DNA from: Flavobacteriales bacterium
GTDB lineage: Bacteria > Bacteroidota > Bacteroidia > Flavobacteriales_D > Sanyastnellaceae
Direction of reading: 5' to 3'
Length of the DNA: 64,000 bases
NCBI GenBank assembly: GCA_947462725.1
Contig: CANHPZ010000001.1
Location: forward strand, 3,969-67,968
Part shown: piece by piece, positions 10,329 through 20,576 of the stretch
Layout: each line of letters starts with the position of its first letter
Numbering within the stretch: the stretch's first letter is position 1
Notes under the pieces: model-generated
Seen by the model: only the letters and a program-made list of their open reading frames with translations
Told to the model about the DNA's origin: nothing
Database searches by the model: none
Program-made: the position numbers and the translations under genes

Positions 10329-12383
10329 CTATTTGCCCGGAACGTAGTCGGTGCGCAATACGCGGAATACCGTTCTACGATTGAGCTGGTGTGCAATCTC
10401 CTGCTGATCTTTACTTGCCAATTTGTTGATGTAGGCCTCGGTGAGCTCATCGCCCTTCTTGAAACTACCCATATCTTTTCTCAAGATACGTGGCTCTGTT
10501 TCACCCTTACCAACTGCCACAATGCGCTTGGCGTCGACACCCTTTTCCTTCACCAAATAATCCACGCATGCTTGAGCACGAGCTTGTGAGAGTGTTTGGT
10601 TGTCCTTGTCTGCGCCACGTGCATCCGTGTGGGCCTCGAGCTGAACAACCAACTTAGGGTTGCGCACCATGATATCGTAGAGGTAATTCAAAGAGTCCTT
10701 AGAATTCACCTCAGCATTCACTTGCAATGCACTCTTCGCGTAATCGTAGCGCACCTCAGGCATTTCGATACCACCTTGACGTGAAGTTGGATCAGGAATA
10801 GGAATAATGAAATACTCACGTGCAAAATTGGTGGATGCACTCAAGCCAATGGTTGAAAGCTTATCACCTGTTCCGATATACTTATCTTTCTGCACATCGA
10901 TAGTGTATGTGTAGTTCGACTTGATTTGAGTCTTATCGAAGCTGAATCCACCATTGCCGTCGGTTGTCATGTTCAAGTTGATTGGATCACCGGAATTGCT
11001 TGAACCCACCAATGTGACAGCTGCGCCCCCAACCGGTGTTCCGCTATCCTTGTCATACACGGTTCCTACAAGCGAGAATTCCAACGACTGTTCAGTGAAG
11101 CGATAGATATCATCTTTTCCCTTTCCACCCGGACGATCTGAAGTAATGTAACCTGAGAATGACTTGTCACCTTCCTTCTTCATTTCCAGAACCAATGCAA
11201 AGTCATTTGACGAAGTATTGATTGGATACTCCAAAGCTACAGGTGCATTGAATCCCATCTCTCCTGACTTGGTTGCTTTGAAAATATCAAGACCACCCAA
11301 GCCACCCAAGCCATTCGAAGCGAAATAGAGAGTTCCATCATCAGCAACGTGTGGGAACAACTCATCTCCGGAGCTATTAATCATGCCCAAATTCTGGGGT
11401 TTAGACCACGACGTATTGTTCTTGTCATAGCTCATATACCAAATATCCTTTCCACCCTTTCCGCCAGGCATATCTGAAGCAAACAAAAGGTATTTGCCAT
11501 CAGCAGTAATGCATGGATGACCCACCACTGAAGTGTCGTTCTGGCTGCGATCAATAACATTCAAATTGCTGATTTGATTGAATTTTCCATCAGGAGACTT
11601 GATGCAACGTGCGATATCACAAGCAAACCAAGCCTTCTCGCTTTCATACTTGCAATATGTATAGAACACCTCCTTGAAATCCTTGCTGAAACTAGCAGCG
11701 CCCTCATTGCTGATGGTATTGATTTCACCGGCCAATGGCTGCGGCGAACTCCACTTGCCTTTTTTATCTTGATCAGCGTAGAACAAGTCCATGAAACTTT
11801 CTCCCGTAATTGGATCTTGATAAGAACCAGCAGAAGCCTGACGACTTGATGAAAACACAATTTGATTCGGACCTGAATATGCTACACCGTAATCAAAAAA
11901 CGGTGAATTCAATTCAACCACATTCTCCACAGTAATTTTCACCTTAGCGTTTTTCTTAGACGCTGCGTCTTGCGCTGACTTGATGCGCAAACTCGCCTTC
12001 GACTTATCACCGCCCTTTGCTGTGTATTTGTTGAACTGAGCAACAGCATCATCCCAACGACCGAGCTCAAGCAAGCTCAAACCATATCCATAATAAACCT
12101 CTGGATTGTTATTGTAGTATTGAGCTACAATGGCCTTTTCATACCACTCTAAACTTTGTTGAGGATCTGCAACCAAACGGTAGCATTCACCCAAACGAAA
12201 GAAAATACGCGCCTTGTCATCCAATGACTTCGTGGCAGGTTCTGCCGTCTTATACAATTTAGCTGCTTCGTAATAACCGCGATTGTCGTATTGCTGGTCA
12301 GCCTTCTTCGTGGCTTGAGCCCACGAGACTACAACCAATAGCATAAACAATACTGTGGCAATTAATGGTTTAGCGATTTTCAT
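10329..12383 (-). CDS. PorE-like OmpA family protein (TPR + PD40 propeller + carboxypeptidase-regulatory-like + OmpA_C)
   Basis: N-terminal TPRs; FASDMPGGKGGKDIW and SDRPGGKGKDDIY PD40 repeats; C-terminal EAHTDARG..N..LSQARA..HQLNRRT OmpA motif. Confidence 0.88.
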   Translation of the reverse strand: MKIAKPLIATVLFMLLVVVSWAQATKKADQQYDNRGYYEAAKLYKTAEPATKSLDDKARIFFRLGECYRLVADPQQSLEWYEKAIVAQYYNNNPEVYYGYGLSLLELGRWDDAVAQFNKYTAKGGDKSKASLRIKSAQDAASKKNAKVKITVENVVELNSPFFDYGVAYSGPNQIVFSSSRQASAGSYQDPITGESFMDLFYADQDKKGKWSSPQPLAGEINTISNEGAASFSKDFKEVFYTYCKYESEKAWFACDIARCIKSPDGKFNQISNLNVIDRSQNDTSVVGHPCITADGKYLLFASDMPGGKGGKDIWYMSYDKNNTSWSKPQNLGMINSSGDELFPHVADDGTLYFASNGLGGLGGLDIFKATKSGEMGFNAPVALEYPINTSSNDFALVLEMKKEGDKSFSGYITSDRPGGKGKDDIYRFTEQSLEFSLVGTVYDKDSGTPVGGAAVTLVGSSNSGDPINLNMTTDGNGGFSFDKTQIKSNYTYTIDVQKDKYIGTGDKLSTIGLSASTNFAREYFIIPIPDPTSRQGGIEMPEVRYDYAKSALQVNAEVNSKDSLNYLYDIMVRNPKLVVQLEAHTDARGADKDNQTLSQARAQACVDYLVKEKGVDAKRIVAVGKGETEPRILRKDMGSFKKGDELTEAYINKLASKDQQEIAHQLNRRTVFRVLRTDYVPGK

Positions 12384-12540
12384 ACAGGTTTTTTTAAGGA
12401 ATCGGTCTTTTTTATCGTGACGAAAATAGTGAATTCTCGTTTTTAAGCAACTTTTGAAATGAAATCAACTTTGAACACCTGAGTATGGGTATCGATTACT
12501 CCGCCGCATGAACGCCAAACAAGCTTTTCAGTAGCGCCAT

Positions 12541-12577
12541 AAAAAATCCCGCGACCGGGTGGAGATGGGCGCGGGAT
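12541..12577 (-). terminator. Intrinsic terminator downstream of the Crp/Fnr gene and the candidate sRNA
   Basis: ATCCCGCG...CGCGGGAT stem with a T6 tract on the minus strand. Confidence 0.7.
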
Positions 12578-12665
12578 CTTTGTGATTTGCGTTGATTACA
12601 ATACCTAAATAATCTAACACTTACTAACCGACGGCAAGTTTGGACTGCTGGCAATAAAAACTAGA

Positions 12666-12677
12666 TGATACAAGTCA
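12666..12677. promoter_or_regulatory. CRP/FNR-like box TGA-N6-TCA overlapping the Crp/Fnr stop codon
   Basis: TGATACAAGTCA on the plus strand, resembling the FNR consensus TTGAT-N4-ATCAA. Confidence 0.45.
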
Positions 12678-13268
12678 GTTGGAGGCGCGGCGTTTCTCAA
12701 TCAATCCGCGTTTGATGCGGCTAAGTGCCTCAGGAGTGATACCGAGAAATGATGCGATATAATGCTGCGCTACCCGCAATTCCATTTGAGGGTAACTCTT
12801 TACCAAATCCACATAACGACGCTCGGCGCTCTTCGACATAATGTCCATAGTCCTCTTTTGAGAAGCTACATAGGCCTTCTGCATTAGCAATCGGAAAAAG
12901 CGCTCAAACTTGGGATAGGTGGTCAGCAAAGCCTCGTAATCATCGCGATGAATGACAAGCACCTCTGTGTCTTCGATGGCCTCGATGGTAAAAAAAGCCG
13001 GATCTCCAGTTACAAAGCTGAACAAATCCGCCGCCCACCAATCCTCAAACGCCAAATGAAAAATATGCTCATGGCCGCGCTCATCTGTTGTGAAGGTTCG
13101 CAAGCAACCTTTGATAACGAAGTAATAAAACTCGCTATTCTCACCGGCTTGCAAGAGCACTTCGCGCTTCTTGAAGAATTTGCGCTCCATCACGCGAAAA
13201 AACGCTTCGAACTCGATGTTCGAAATCGCAATCTGTTTTTGAATGTGGGCGCGTAATACCTGCGGCAT
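12675..13268 (-). CDS. Crp/Fnr family transcriptional regulator
   Basis: cNMP-binding-like N-domain (YFVIKGCLR, IEAIED); C-terminal HTH QHYIASFLGITPEALSRIK. Confidence 0.92.
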   Translation of the reverse strand: MPQVLRAHIQKQIAISNIEFEAFFRVMERKFFKKREVLLQAGENSEFYYFVIKGCLRTFTTDERGHEHIFHLAFEDWWAADLFSFVTGDPAFFTIEAIEDTEVLVIHRDDYEALLTTYPKFERFFRLLMQKAYVASQKRTMDIMSKSAERRYVDLVKSYPQMELRVAQHYIASFLGITPEALSRIKRGLIEKRRASN

Positions 13269-13269
13269 T

Positions 13270-16200
13270 TTAATTCTTAATAAACTTCAACGTGTCAACG
13301 GATTTACCATCGGTGAGGTGAACAAAGTAAACACCTTTTGGCAAATCTTCGATGTTCAACTGAGAAGTTTCAGTAACACTTTTTCTACGGAATACTTCCG
13401 AACCAATTTCATCACCCAAAACATTAAATAATCGACAAGTGACTATTCGATCAAAACCGGTTGTTTCCAAATTGATTCTATCGCGAGCCGGATTTGGGTA
13501 AAGTTTCAATTGTGCATTTGAGCTTGATGACTCTTCCATATTGGCAGGAACATTCGTTTCAAATCGGAAACGGTGAATGATCTCCTTACCGAAATCACGC
13601 TCGAAACTTTCGAAATCAAATCCGCTAACGCGATCTAACTTGCAATAACCCGTTCCATCGCTGTTGGCAAAGAAATCCAATCCGTCATCATCGCTATCCT
13701 TCAAATGAAACGTGTAACAGCCCGCATTCAATGCAATGGTATCGCGGTAAATTGTATTCGCATCAGGAAAATTGCTGCGCTCAAAAACAACCTGATCATA
13801 TTGATCATAGAGCGTATACGAAGACTCTCCATTTGCCGCGTTTGTGCGCAGTATGATGATCATGCGGTTATCATCCAAGTTGGTATAAGCGTATGTGGGC
13901 GGTCGCTGAAAAACAGACTCTGCGTAATTATTGGTCCCATTTTCATCCAAACCATTGTTGCTTTCACCAAGTCGTATATAAAAACGAAGAGCCGCTGCAG
14001 CATCACCATTCCAAAGCATCGGATCGCTGTAGGTCAACTCAATTTCCTCACGTTCCATAAAGCTCAAATTACCGCTCCATTCCAGCGACTCCTCCGTTCC
14101 TCCAACCAGACCATAGTAAATGGTTAAGTTCGTCAGGGGTTCAGCGCCCAAATTGCGCAAAATGAATCGAGGGTTGTCGCATATCGGATTCCACCGGCTA
14201 TGAATCTTCCAATTGCTCGGCGCTGTAATCATGTCAATCTCGGGATCATGCGCATGCTGCGCTTCACCATAGCCGACAAGCGTTCCGAAAAACACGTAAT
14301 TGCCATAATCATTGAACGTAATATCGTAGTCGACAGAGAATGAACTACCTGCACCAACATGTGGCGTGAGTTCAAATTCCTTAGTAGTTGAATTCATTCC
14401 CGGGCACCAACCTGCGCGATCAAATATCCAAGTGCCTCCTTGCGGATAAAGTGGATTCGTCGCACACTCTTGTAGAATATCCCAGTCGGCAATGCTCTGC
14501 CCATTGACCTTCACACTTTGCATATTGTTGCAGAACTCTGCACAGTTGGGGGGATTATCAAATTGATGTCCCGTATTGGTCGTGAGCAGTTTCCACATGT
14601 GCTCGCCCGGCTGTTTTTCGACAGTGACAGCCTGCACTGCGTTATCAAAATTGCTTAACCCTTGATTGGTGTCCCAAAGACGCTCTACCCGCAACACATC
14701 ACGAGCAGGTGGACCTTCAATAAAGAGGAATTTCATATCCAACAACTCCTGCCAATTGCCCGACTCCAATTCAACAGAATCACGGAGCAATGGTTCCCAA
14801 TCAGTCACATCCACCACCCACGTCCAACCATCGGTTCCCAAATCCAACTGTATTCCATACATCGAAATGAAACGATTCAGTTCATAGCGATTTACCACCT
14901 CAAACGGTGCCTGCCAATAATCGAAATCTTCATTGTTCAATTCATATTCCGCAGCTATGTCAACAACCGACAATGTATCGCCAGAAGGGTCGATTACGTA
15001 GGTCGAGGTAGCAAGCCAACCGTAAGCTACGTCAGTGGCTACAGGCAAATAATTAACTGCATCATAAGTGACAATAGAAACTGGCGGCACTGCCTCTTGA
15101 ACGGTAATTACTTCCGTATCCACATGCGTAAGAAATTCACCCGAAGTAATGCGGATCAAAGGACGCTCTGTTGCATATGTCTTGTTGCGCCAAAGTTGAT
15201 CTCCTTTGTAAGCCACACGCGCAGCATTGCCATGCATCCAAGCATGATGTCCATGTCCACTGCCATCCATGACCATTTCACCGTCCTGCTCATTGAATGA
15301 ATAGTAGACTTGAAGATTACTCCAATTCGGATGCGATGCATTCAAATCACGATTCATCCAATCCGCAATGGTATTAGCATCAAGCTCTGCATTAAAAACG
15401 GCAAACTCATCAATGCTTCCATTATAGAAATTGGACCAACTGGTGGCGCCACCAATACTGAACCGCTGGATATCGAGCATCAAATTATCGAGGTTAGTTC
15501 CGGAGTGCCATAGCTGCCCATTCAGATAAATTTTCATCGAACCTGTAGTGCAATTCTTTGTAAATGCCCAGTGATTCCAACTTCCTTCAAAGTTCACGTC
15601 CTGCGCAAGCTTGTTGATGCGATCATAGCCTCCATCATTTCCGGCATCCCAATACACATTAGCATTGCTCCAAGGTAAATGCACATTAAGCACACGTTGA
15701 TTGAGCGAATTCACGCCTTCGAAAATGGTCCCATTTTGCGGCTGAATGTTAGCGTCACCATTTTGCCAAAGCATGATGGTAATCTCACTACTCACATTTT
15801 CAAAAGCGCCGGAAGGCACTCTCACTTCGTCTTGCCAATCCATGCGCATGTAGCGATCATTCCCTGATGACGTGCAAGCAGAAACAAAATCAGTTGAGGT
15901 ACTCAAGGCCTGCAACGACAAGGCTGCTTGAGCCTGAGTGTAGCTCACGCGCAAAAGCAAACCCGATGTGCCGTCCCAAACGGCAGCATCAAGTGACAGC
16001 AAATCTCTCCAACCCATCACCGCAACATCTGTATTGCGGCTGTAGAGATCTTGAAAAGCAACATTGTCATAAAACCCTGTCACCACAGAATCAATGGCCC
16101 AAGCATATTCAATGCGTAAGAAATCGATTTGCGCCGGAGTATTATCAAACGAAAAGGCCAGCATGCCCATAGCATCACCCACTTGCAATCCTGCTGCAGA

Positions 16201-16761
16201 CAATTCATCCGCACGATAGAGATAAACTGATTTCTGCGTCTGGTGATTGAACCACGGCGAAGCCGATGAACCAGCAGAATCGCCTACAAGGTGTTGATGC
16301 AAATTCTGAGCATTATCCAACACAGCGTATGATTGAACAAATTGACGTTCAAGCGTCACAGGCTGAGATGTGATGGCGGCGGTATCAAAATCCGCGTTGT
16401 TGATGTAATACCGCGGATGAGTAGCAAGGGTGCTATCGATAACACCGGTATGATCATACAAGTAGGTGTAGGTCAAATAATCCCACTCACCACACGGGTA
16501 ACCCAAATTACCGGCCGTTCCATCCTGAAAGCACTTCAAGTTGTAGTACATCAAAATCTTCTGGTACTCTACCCCATTGTTGCTCGCTGGAAAGTCAAAC
16601 CAACGCCTACCTGGCGAATCATATGGATTGGCCGGATTGTTCTGTGCATCCCAAGTAAAGGTTTGCACTACCGTTGTGTCTGCGGATTGAGCAACACTAT
16701 TGTGACTGCTCCAAAAAGCAAATACGAACAACAACGAAATTGGAAAAATAGTCAAGCGCAT
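13270..16761 (-). CDS. Peptide-N-glycosidase F-like protein with a LamG domain and T9SS type A sorting domain
   Basis: CGEWDY, TGH..NCAEFC, PQGGTWIFDRAGWCPG (PNGase F-like); WNHWAF..MKIYLNG..YNGSIDEFAVFN (LamG); LYPNPA..LPKGVYFV..KFIK (T9SS CTD). Confidence 0.82.
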   Translation of the reverse strand: MRLTIFPISLLFVFAFWSSHNSVAQSADTTVVQTFTWDAQNNPANPYDSPGRRWFDFPASNNGVEYQKILMYYNLKCFQDGTAGNLGYPCGEWDYLTYTYLYDHTGVIDSTLATHPRYYINNADFDTAAITSQPVTLERQFVQSYAVLDNAQNLHQHLVGDSAGSSASPWFNHQTQKSVYLYRADELSAAGLQVGDAMGMLAFSFDNTPAQIDFLRIEYAWAIDSVVTGFYDNVAFQDLYSRNTDVAVMGWRDLLSLDAAVWDGTSGLLLRVSYTQAQAALSLQALSTSTDFVSACTSSGNDRYMRMDWQDEVRVPSGAFENVSSEITIMLWQNGDANIQPQNGTIFEGVNSLNQRVLNVHLPWSNANVYWDAGNDGGYDRINKLAQDVNFEGSWNHWAFTKNCTTGSMKIYLNGQLWHSGTNLDNLMLDIQRFSIGGATSWSNFYNGSIDEFAVFNAELDANTIADWMNRDLNASHPNWSNLQVYYSFNEQDGEMVMDGSGHGHHAWMHGNAARVAYKGDQLWRNKTYATERPLIRITSGEFLTHVDTEVITVQEAVPPVSIVTYDAVNYLPVATDVAYGWLATSTYVIDPSGDTLSVVDIAAEYELNNEDFDYWQAPFEVVNRYELNRFISMYGIQLDLGTDGWTWVVDVTDWEPLLRDSVELESGNWQELLDMKFLFIEGPPARDVLRVERLWDTNQGLSNFDNAVQAVTVEKQPGEHMWKLLTTNTGHQFDNPPNCAEFCNNMQSVKVNGQSIADWDILQECATNPLYPQGGTWIFDRAGWCPGMNSTTKEFELTPHVGAGSSFSVDYDITFNDYGNYVFFGTLVGYGEAQHAHDPEIDMITAPSNWKIHSRWNPICDNPRFILRNLGAEPLTNLTIYYGLVGGTEESLEWSGNLSFMEREEIELTYSDPMLWNGDAAAALRFYIRLGESNNGLDENGTNNYAESVFQRPPTYAYTNLDDNRMIIILRTNAANGESSYTLYDQYDQVVFERSNFPDANTIYRDTIALNAGCYTFHLKDSDDDGLDFFANSDGTGYCKLDRVSGFDFESFERDFGKEIIHRFRFETNVPANMEESSSSNAQLKLYPNPARDRINLETTGFDRIVTCRLFNVLGDEIGSEVFRRKSVTETSQLNIEDLPKGVYFVHLTDGKSVDTLKFIKN

Positions 16762-16819
16762 AGGAGCAATTTTAAGCCATAAACCTATGCACTCTTTAAA
16801 ACAAAATCAACCCTACTCG

Positions 16820-17341
16820 CTATTTTTCAGCCACAGCATCAACATTAAGCTCTACATTCATAATGAAATGAATGGGCTTATGCGACAGCGTCCCATCTAG
16901 GGTGAATTCCAAACCGTCATTGGATATCAGATAATCTTCCAGCCTTTTGACATCAGCATCACTCAAAGGCACATTGATTTTCTGTTCCAATGGATCAAAA
17001 GCAAAATTGTTATAGGAATAATATACCACCGAAGACGGGTCATTGATTTTTTGAATACCCAGTTTACCGGTAAATCTGCACGAGTCGTTGCCATAAAATT
17101 CCCAAATCGAATAATTTATGCTCCGAATCTCGTAGCGATCAATCTGTTCCTTTATCGCCGCAATAGCGTCGTTGTCGAGCGGATTCAAAGTGGCACTCCG
17201 CTCAAAGACCAGCGAAGAGTCGGAATTTGCTTCAACCTCGAAATCCAAATTGAGGGTTGCTGATTTGCGCACATCGTGCTTGTTGCATGCGGCAGTAAGA
17301 ACAAGGATTACAGCTGCGCAAGAAAATAGAATCTGTTTCAT
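16820..17341 (-). CDS. Hypothetical lipoprotein
   Basis: Lipobox LTAAC after a hydrophobic signal; 173 aa, beta-rich. Confidence 0.7.
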   Translation of the reverse strand: MKQILFSCAAVILVLTAACNKHDVRKSATLNLDFEVEANSDSSLVFERSATLNPLDNDAIAAIKEQIDRYEIRSINYSIWEFYGNDSCRFTGKLGIQKINDPSSVVYYSYNNFAFDPLEQKINVPLSDADVKRLEDYLISNDGLEFTLDGTLSHKPIHFIMNVELNVDAVAEK

Positions 17342-17393
17342 TGGTTAATCAATTTAAGTAATGACGAATTTATCGGATACCACAGAATTCAAA

Positions 17394-18683
17394 ATGACGA
17401 ATATTAGTGAGGCATTCTTGCATCACTTATGGAAGTTTCGACTCTTCCGACAAGACCAACTCAAAAGCAATACAGGTCAGGACATCGAGGTAGTTCATCC
17501 CGGAATTCACAACCATCATGGCGGACCTGATTTTATGAATGCCCGATTGCGCATCGATGGAACACTGTGGTGGGGCCATGTCGAAATTCATGTGCGCTCT
17601 AGCGATTGGCATCGGCATGGACATGTTGGCGATGAACATTATCATAACGTAATTCTGCATGTGGTTGTAGAGAATGACCGTGAGGTGTACTTACAGCAAC
17701 CCAACGACTTGCCCGTGCTGGAATTGAAAAATTACATCCCGTGGAATTTCTGGGAACAATACCGCGCATGGATACACACCTGCCAATGGATTCCATGCGA
17801 GAAGGAATGCAAAACGATGGAAGAGCTGCAATGGATCAGTTGGAAAGACCGATTACTGGCAGAACGTCTGCAGCATAGAGTCGAACACATACTGATTGAA
17901 TTGGAGCGCACGAAAGGCAATTGGGCGCAGATAACGTTTCGTGAATTGGCCCGTGCATTCGGATTCAAATCCAATGCAGCTGCTATGGAGTTGTTGGCAG
18001 AATCGATTCCCTACCACATCATTGCACGTCACCATACAGACCCGATGCAAATTGAAGCACTTCTCTTCGGACAATCGGGCCTATTGCAGACTGATCATAA
18101 AGACTCTTATCCAAAATCTCTTGAGCGAGAATATTGGATACTGCAACACAAGTATGGTCTTCGCCCCATAAGCCGGGCCGCCTGGAATTTTGGCCGAGTG
18201 CGCCCTCAAAACACGCCAGCAATCCGAATTGCACAGCTTGCTGCAGCATTATCCTCGAGCGATCACCTTGCATCCACCCTGCTGCATAGCAACACGGATC
18301 AACTGCAGCGTTGGCTGCAACAAGAAGTAAATCCATATTGGAAAACACATCATGATTTTGACCGACCCACAGCATTACCAAGCCATTGCAGACTTGGCAA
18401 TAAATCCATCGACAACATCATAATCAATGCAGCGTGTAAGCTTCAGTTTGCATTTGGAAAATTCCATGATGACCAGCGCATGATTGAGCGTGCGCTGGCC
18501 AATTTCGAATTGCTAGATGCCGAGGAGAACTCAATCATAGCCAATTGGCGCAAGTTGGGAATACTTGCGAATCACGCCGGAGATTCACAAGCGCTGATTC
18601 AGCTTTACAATGTATATTGCACCAACGAAAAATGTCTCAACTGCGTTGTAGGCAATAAGGTTTTGAATTTTAAAGACACATGA
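17394..18683 (+). CDS. DUF2851 family protein
   Basis: EAFLHHLWKF, GPDF.NA, GHVEIH..SSDW..HGH, VILHVV, RPQNTP.IRIAQLA, C-terminal YC...CLNC. Confidence 0.85.
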   Translation: MTNISEAFLHHLWKFRLFRQDQLKSNTGQDIEVVHPGIHNHHGGPDFMNARLRIDGTLWWGHVEIHVRSSDWHRHGHVGDEHYHNVILHVVVENDREVYLQQPNDLPVLELKNYIPWNFWEQYRAWIHTCQWIPCEKECKTMEELQWISWKDRLLAERLQHRVEHILIELERTKGNWAQITFRELARAFGFKSNAAAMELLAESIPYHIIARHHTDPMQIEALLFGQSGLLQTDHKDSYPKSLEREYWILQHKYGLRPISRAAWNFGRVRPQNTPAIRIAQLAAALSSSDHLASTLLHSNTDQLQRWLQQEVNPYWKTHHDFDRPTALPSHCRLGNKSIDNIIINAACKLQFAFGKFHDDQRMIERALANFELLDAEENSIIANWRKLGILANHAGDSQALIQLYNVYCTNEKCLNCVVGNKVLNFKDT

Positions 18684-18904
18684 AACGCATTCACGCATTA
18701 TTAGAAAAACAACTGTTCGGCATCTGCGCGGGCATTGCCGACTATATGGGCGTCAAAACACTTCAAGTGCGTCTCTCTTTCATCTACCTTTCATTCCTCA
18801 CCTTTGGCTCTCCCATTTTTGCTTATCTAGTTCTTCTCTTCTGGAAAAGAAACTCGCGCATTTGGAAGCCGTGGCTTTGGCGCGGTCGCAAACTCGAACT
18901 ATAA
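18680..18904 (+). CDS. PspC domain-containing small membrane protein
   Basis: FGICAGIADYMG...VRLSFIYLSFLTFGSP...YLVL, the typical Bacteroidota PspC pattern. Confidence 0.85.
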   Translation: MKRIHALLEKQLFGICAGIADYMGVKTLQVRLSFIYLSFLTFGSPIFAYLVLLFWKRNSRIWKPWLWRGRKLEL

Positions 18905-20329
18905 CAGTTCATTCGCCAGGTTCGCCAACTCGCTGCGCTCACCGCGTTCAAGAGTAACATGGCAGTACAAATCTTGTCCCTTCAATCGCTCAATCACATA
19001 AGACATTCCGTTGGATTGCTCGTCGAGATATGGGGTATCAATTTGACGCACATCACCGGTGAGAATCACTTTAGTATTTTCTCCTGCACGCGTGATAATC
19101 GTCTTCACCTCATGAGGTGTGAGGTTTTGTGCTTCATCTATAATGAAGACACAATTTGATAAGCTGCGTCCACGTATGAATGCCAATGGGCAAATAGTAA
19201 TCTTACCCTGCGCCTGCAATTCATCGATAATCTTTCGCTTCTTCTCGTTGTCAGAAAATTGATTCTTGATAAAATTCAAGTTATCCCAAAGCGGCTGCAT
19301 GTAGGGATTCACCTTCTCTTCGGCATCACCCGGCAAAAAGCCAATCTCCTTATTGCTTAACGGAACAATAGGACGTGCGAGATAAATCTGATCATACTGA
19401 TTTTTCATCTCCAACGCTCCCGCTAAAGCCAATAGCGTTTTTCCGGTTCCTGCCACGCCTGAAATGGTTACCAATCGAATATTCGGGTTCAAAATCGCAT
19501 GCATAGCAAAAGCTTGTTCTGCATTTTTGGGTTTAATTCCGTAGGCATACACCTTGTCGACACGCTCGATTTCCTGAGCCTTCGAACTGTAATACGCCAA
19601 TGCTGATGATGTGCAGTTTTTCAGAATATAGAAATGATTGTTCTGTTTTTCCTTTCCCAGAACTTCCGTATCCAATGCCTTACCATCTTGATACAGTTGG
19701 CGGATCACTTCCGAATCCAATCCCTCAATCGTGGATCTGCCGCTATACATGATCATGGCGTCCTTTACTTTGCCTGTTTTAAAATCTTCGGCAGGCAAAT
19801 TCAAAGCCTTTGCCTTCAATCGCAAATTGATATCCTTAGTAACCATGATCACTTTGCACTGCGGCTCCTCTTGTTGCAGTTTTAGCGCTGCGTTCAATAT
19901 CTTATGGTCATTCTTGCGCGATTCGAAAATGGACTCCGCATTCCTGTTCAACTCTTCAGTTGCATTCAATATGATGCGCATGCTGCCGCCCAGGCCGTTT
20001 TCGAGAGGTATCCAATCTTGCAAAGTATGCTCATCCGAAAGTCGATCGATGATGCGAATGCACTCACGCGCTTCGAAGTTTTTCATTTCATTACCTACCT
20101 TGAACTTATCAAGCTCCTCGAGAACTGTTATCGGAATGGCTATGCGATTATCCTCGAAACTGTTGATGCAATTGTGATCGTGCAACAATACAGAGGTGTC
20201 GATGACATAAATCTTACGAACCTCAGTTGATGCAGAAGCTGAGTTGTCCGACTTCATTGCTACTACTTTCGAATTTGTTACCGCAGCTTGCTTCCTGCTC
20301 ACTGCAGTTGACTTCTTTGCTACCGCCAT
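18899..20329 (-). CDS. PhoH family protein with N-terminal PIN domain (PhoH2/YlaK-like)
   Basis: YVIDTSVLLHD and VTKDINLRLKA (PIN); GVAGTGKT Walker A; IGFLPG; RGRS; IIDEAQN; GDVRQID. Confidence 0.92.
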   Translation of the reverse strand: MAVAKKSTAVSRKQAAVTNSKVVAMKSDNSASASTEVRKIYVIDTSVLLHDHNCINSFEDNRIAIPITVLEELDKFKVGNEMKNFEARECIRIIDRLSDEHTLQDWIPLENGLGGSMRIILNATEELNRNAESIFESRKNDHKILNAALKLQQEEPQCKVIMVTKDINLRLKAKALNLPAEDFKTGKVKDAMIMYSGRSTIEGLDSEVIRQLYQDGKALDTEVLGKEKQNNHFYILKNCTSSALAYYSSKAQEIERVDKVYAYGIKPKNAEQAFAMHAILNPNIRLVTISGVAGTGKTLLALAGALEMKNQYDQIYLARPIVPLSNKEIGFLPGDAEEKVNPYMQPLWDNLNFIKNQFSDNEKKRKIIDELQAQGKITICPLAFIRGRSLSNCVFIIDEAQNLTPHEVKTIITRAGENTKVILTGDVRQIDTPYLDEQSNGMSYVIERLKGQDLYCHVTLERGERSELANLANELL

Positions 20330-20576
20330 AATCGTTTAGGTTGTTTAGGTTTGGTAAATTGATTAGTTTATTTACACTTCATCCTTTCAATCAGCACGTA
20401 TCGAATGTAAAGGAAGATGCCGAATTGGGGCATCATACAACGTTGAGTTATGAACCAAAAGCAGGTGAATTTCACAGCAACATAAAATTCATTTATGACT
20501 AACATTTGATTTACCCCAATCATGCGAATTTGTGCGAACTAAACAAACGCTGTAGTGTTTCATTAACTTTGTCACA

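Noticed and set aside
18899..20329. PIN domain as a toxin or defence system
   Set aside because: This is the standard PIN-PhoH fusion, with no antitoxin or defence-island context.
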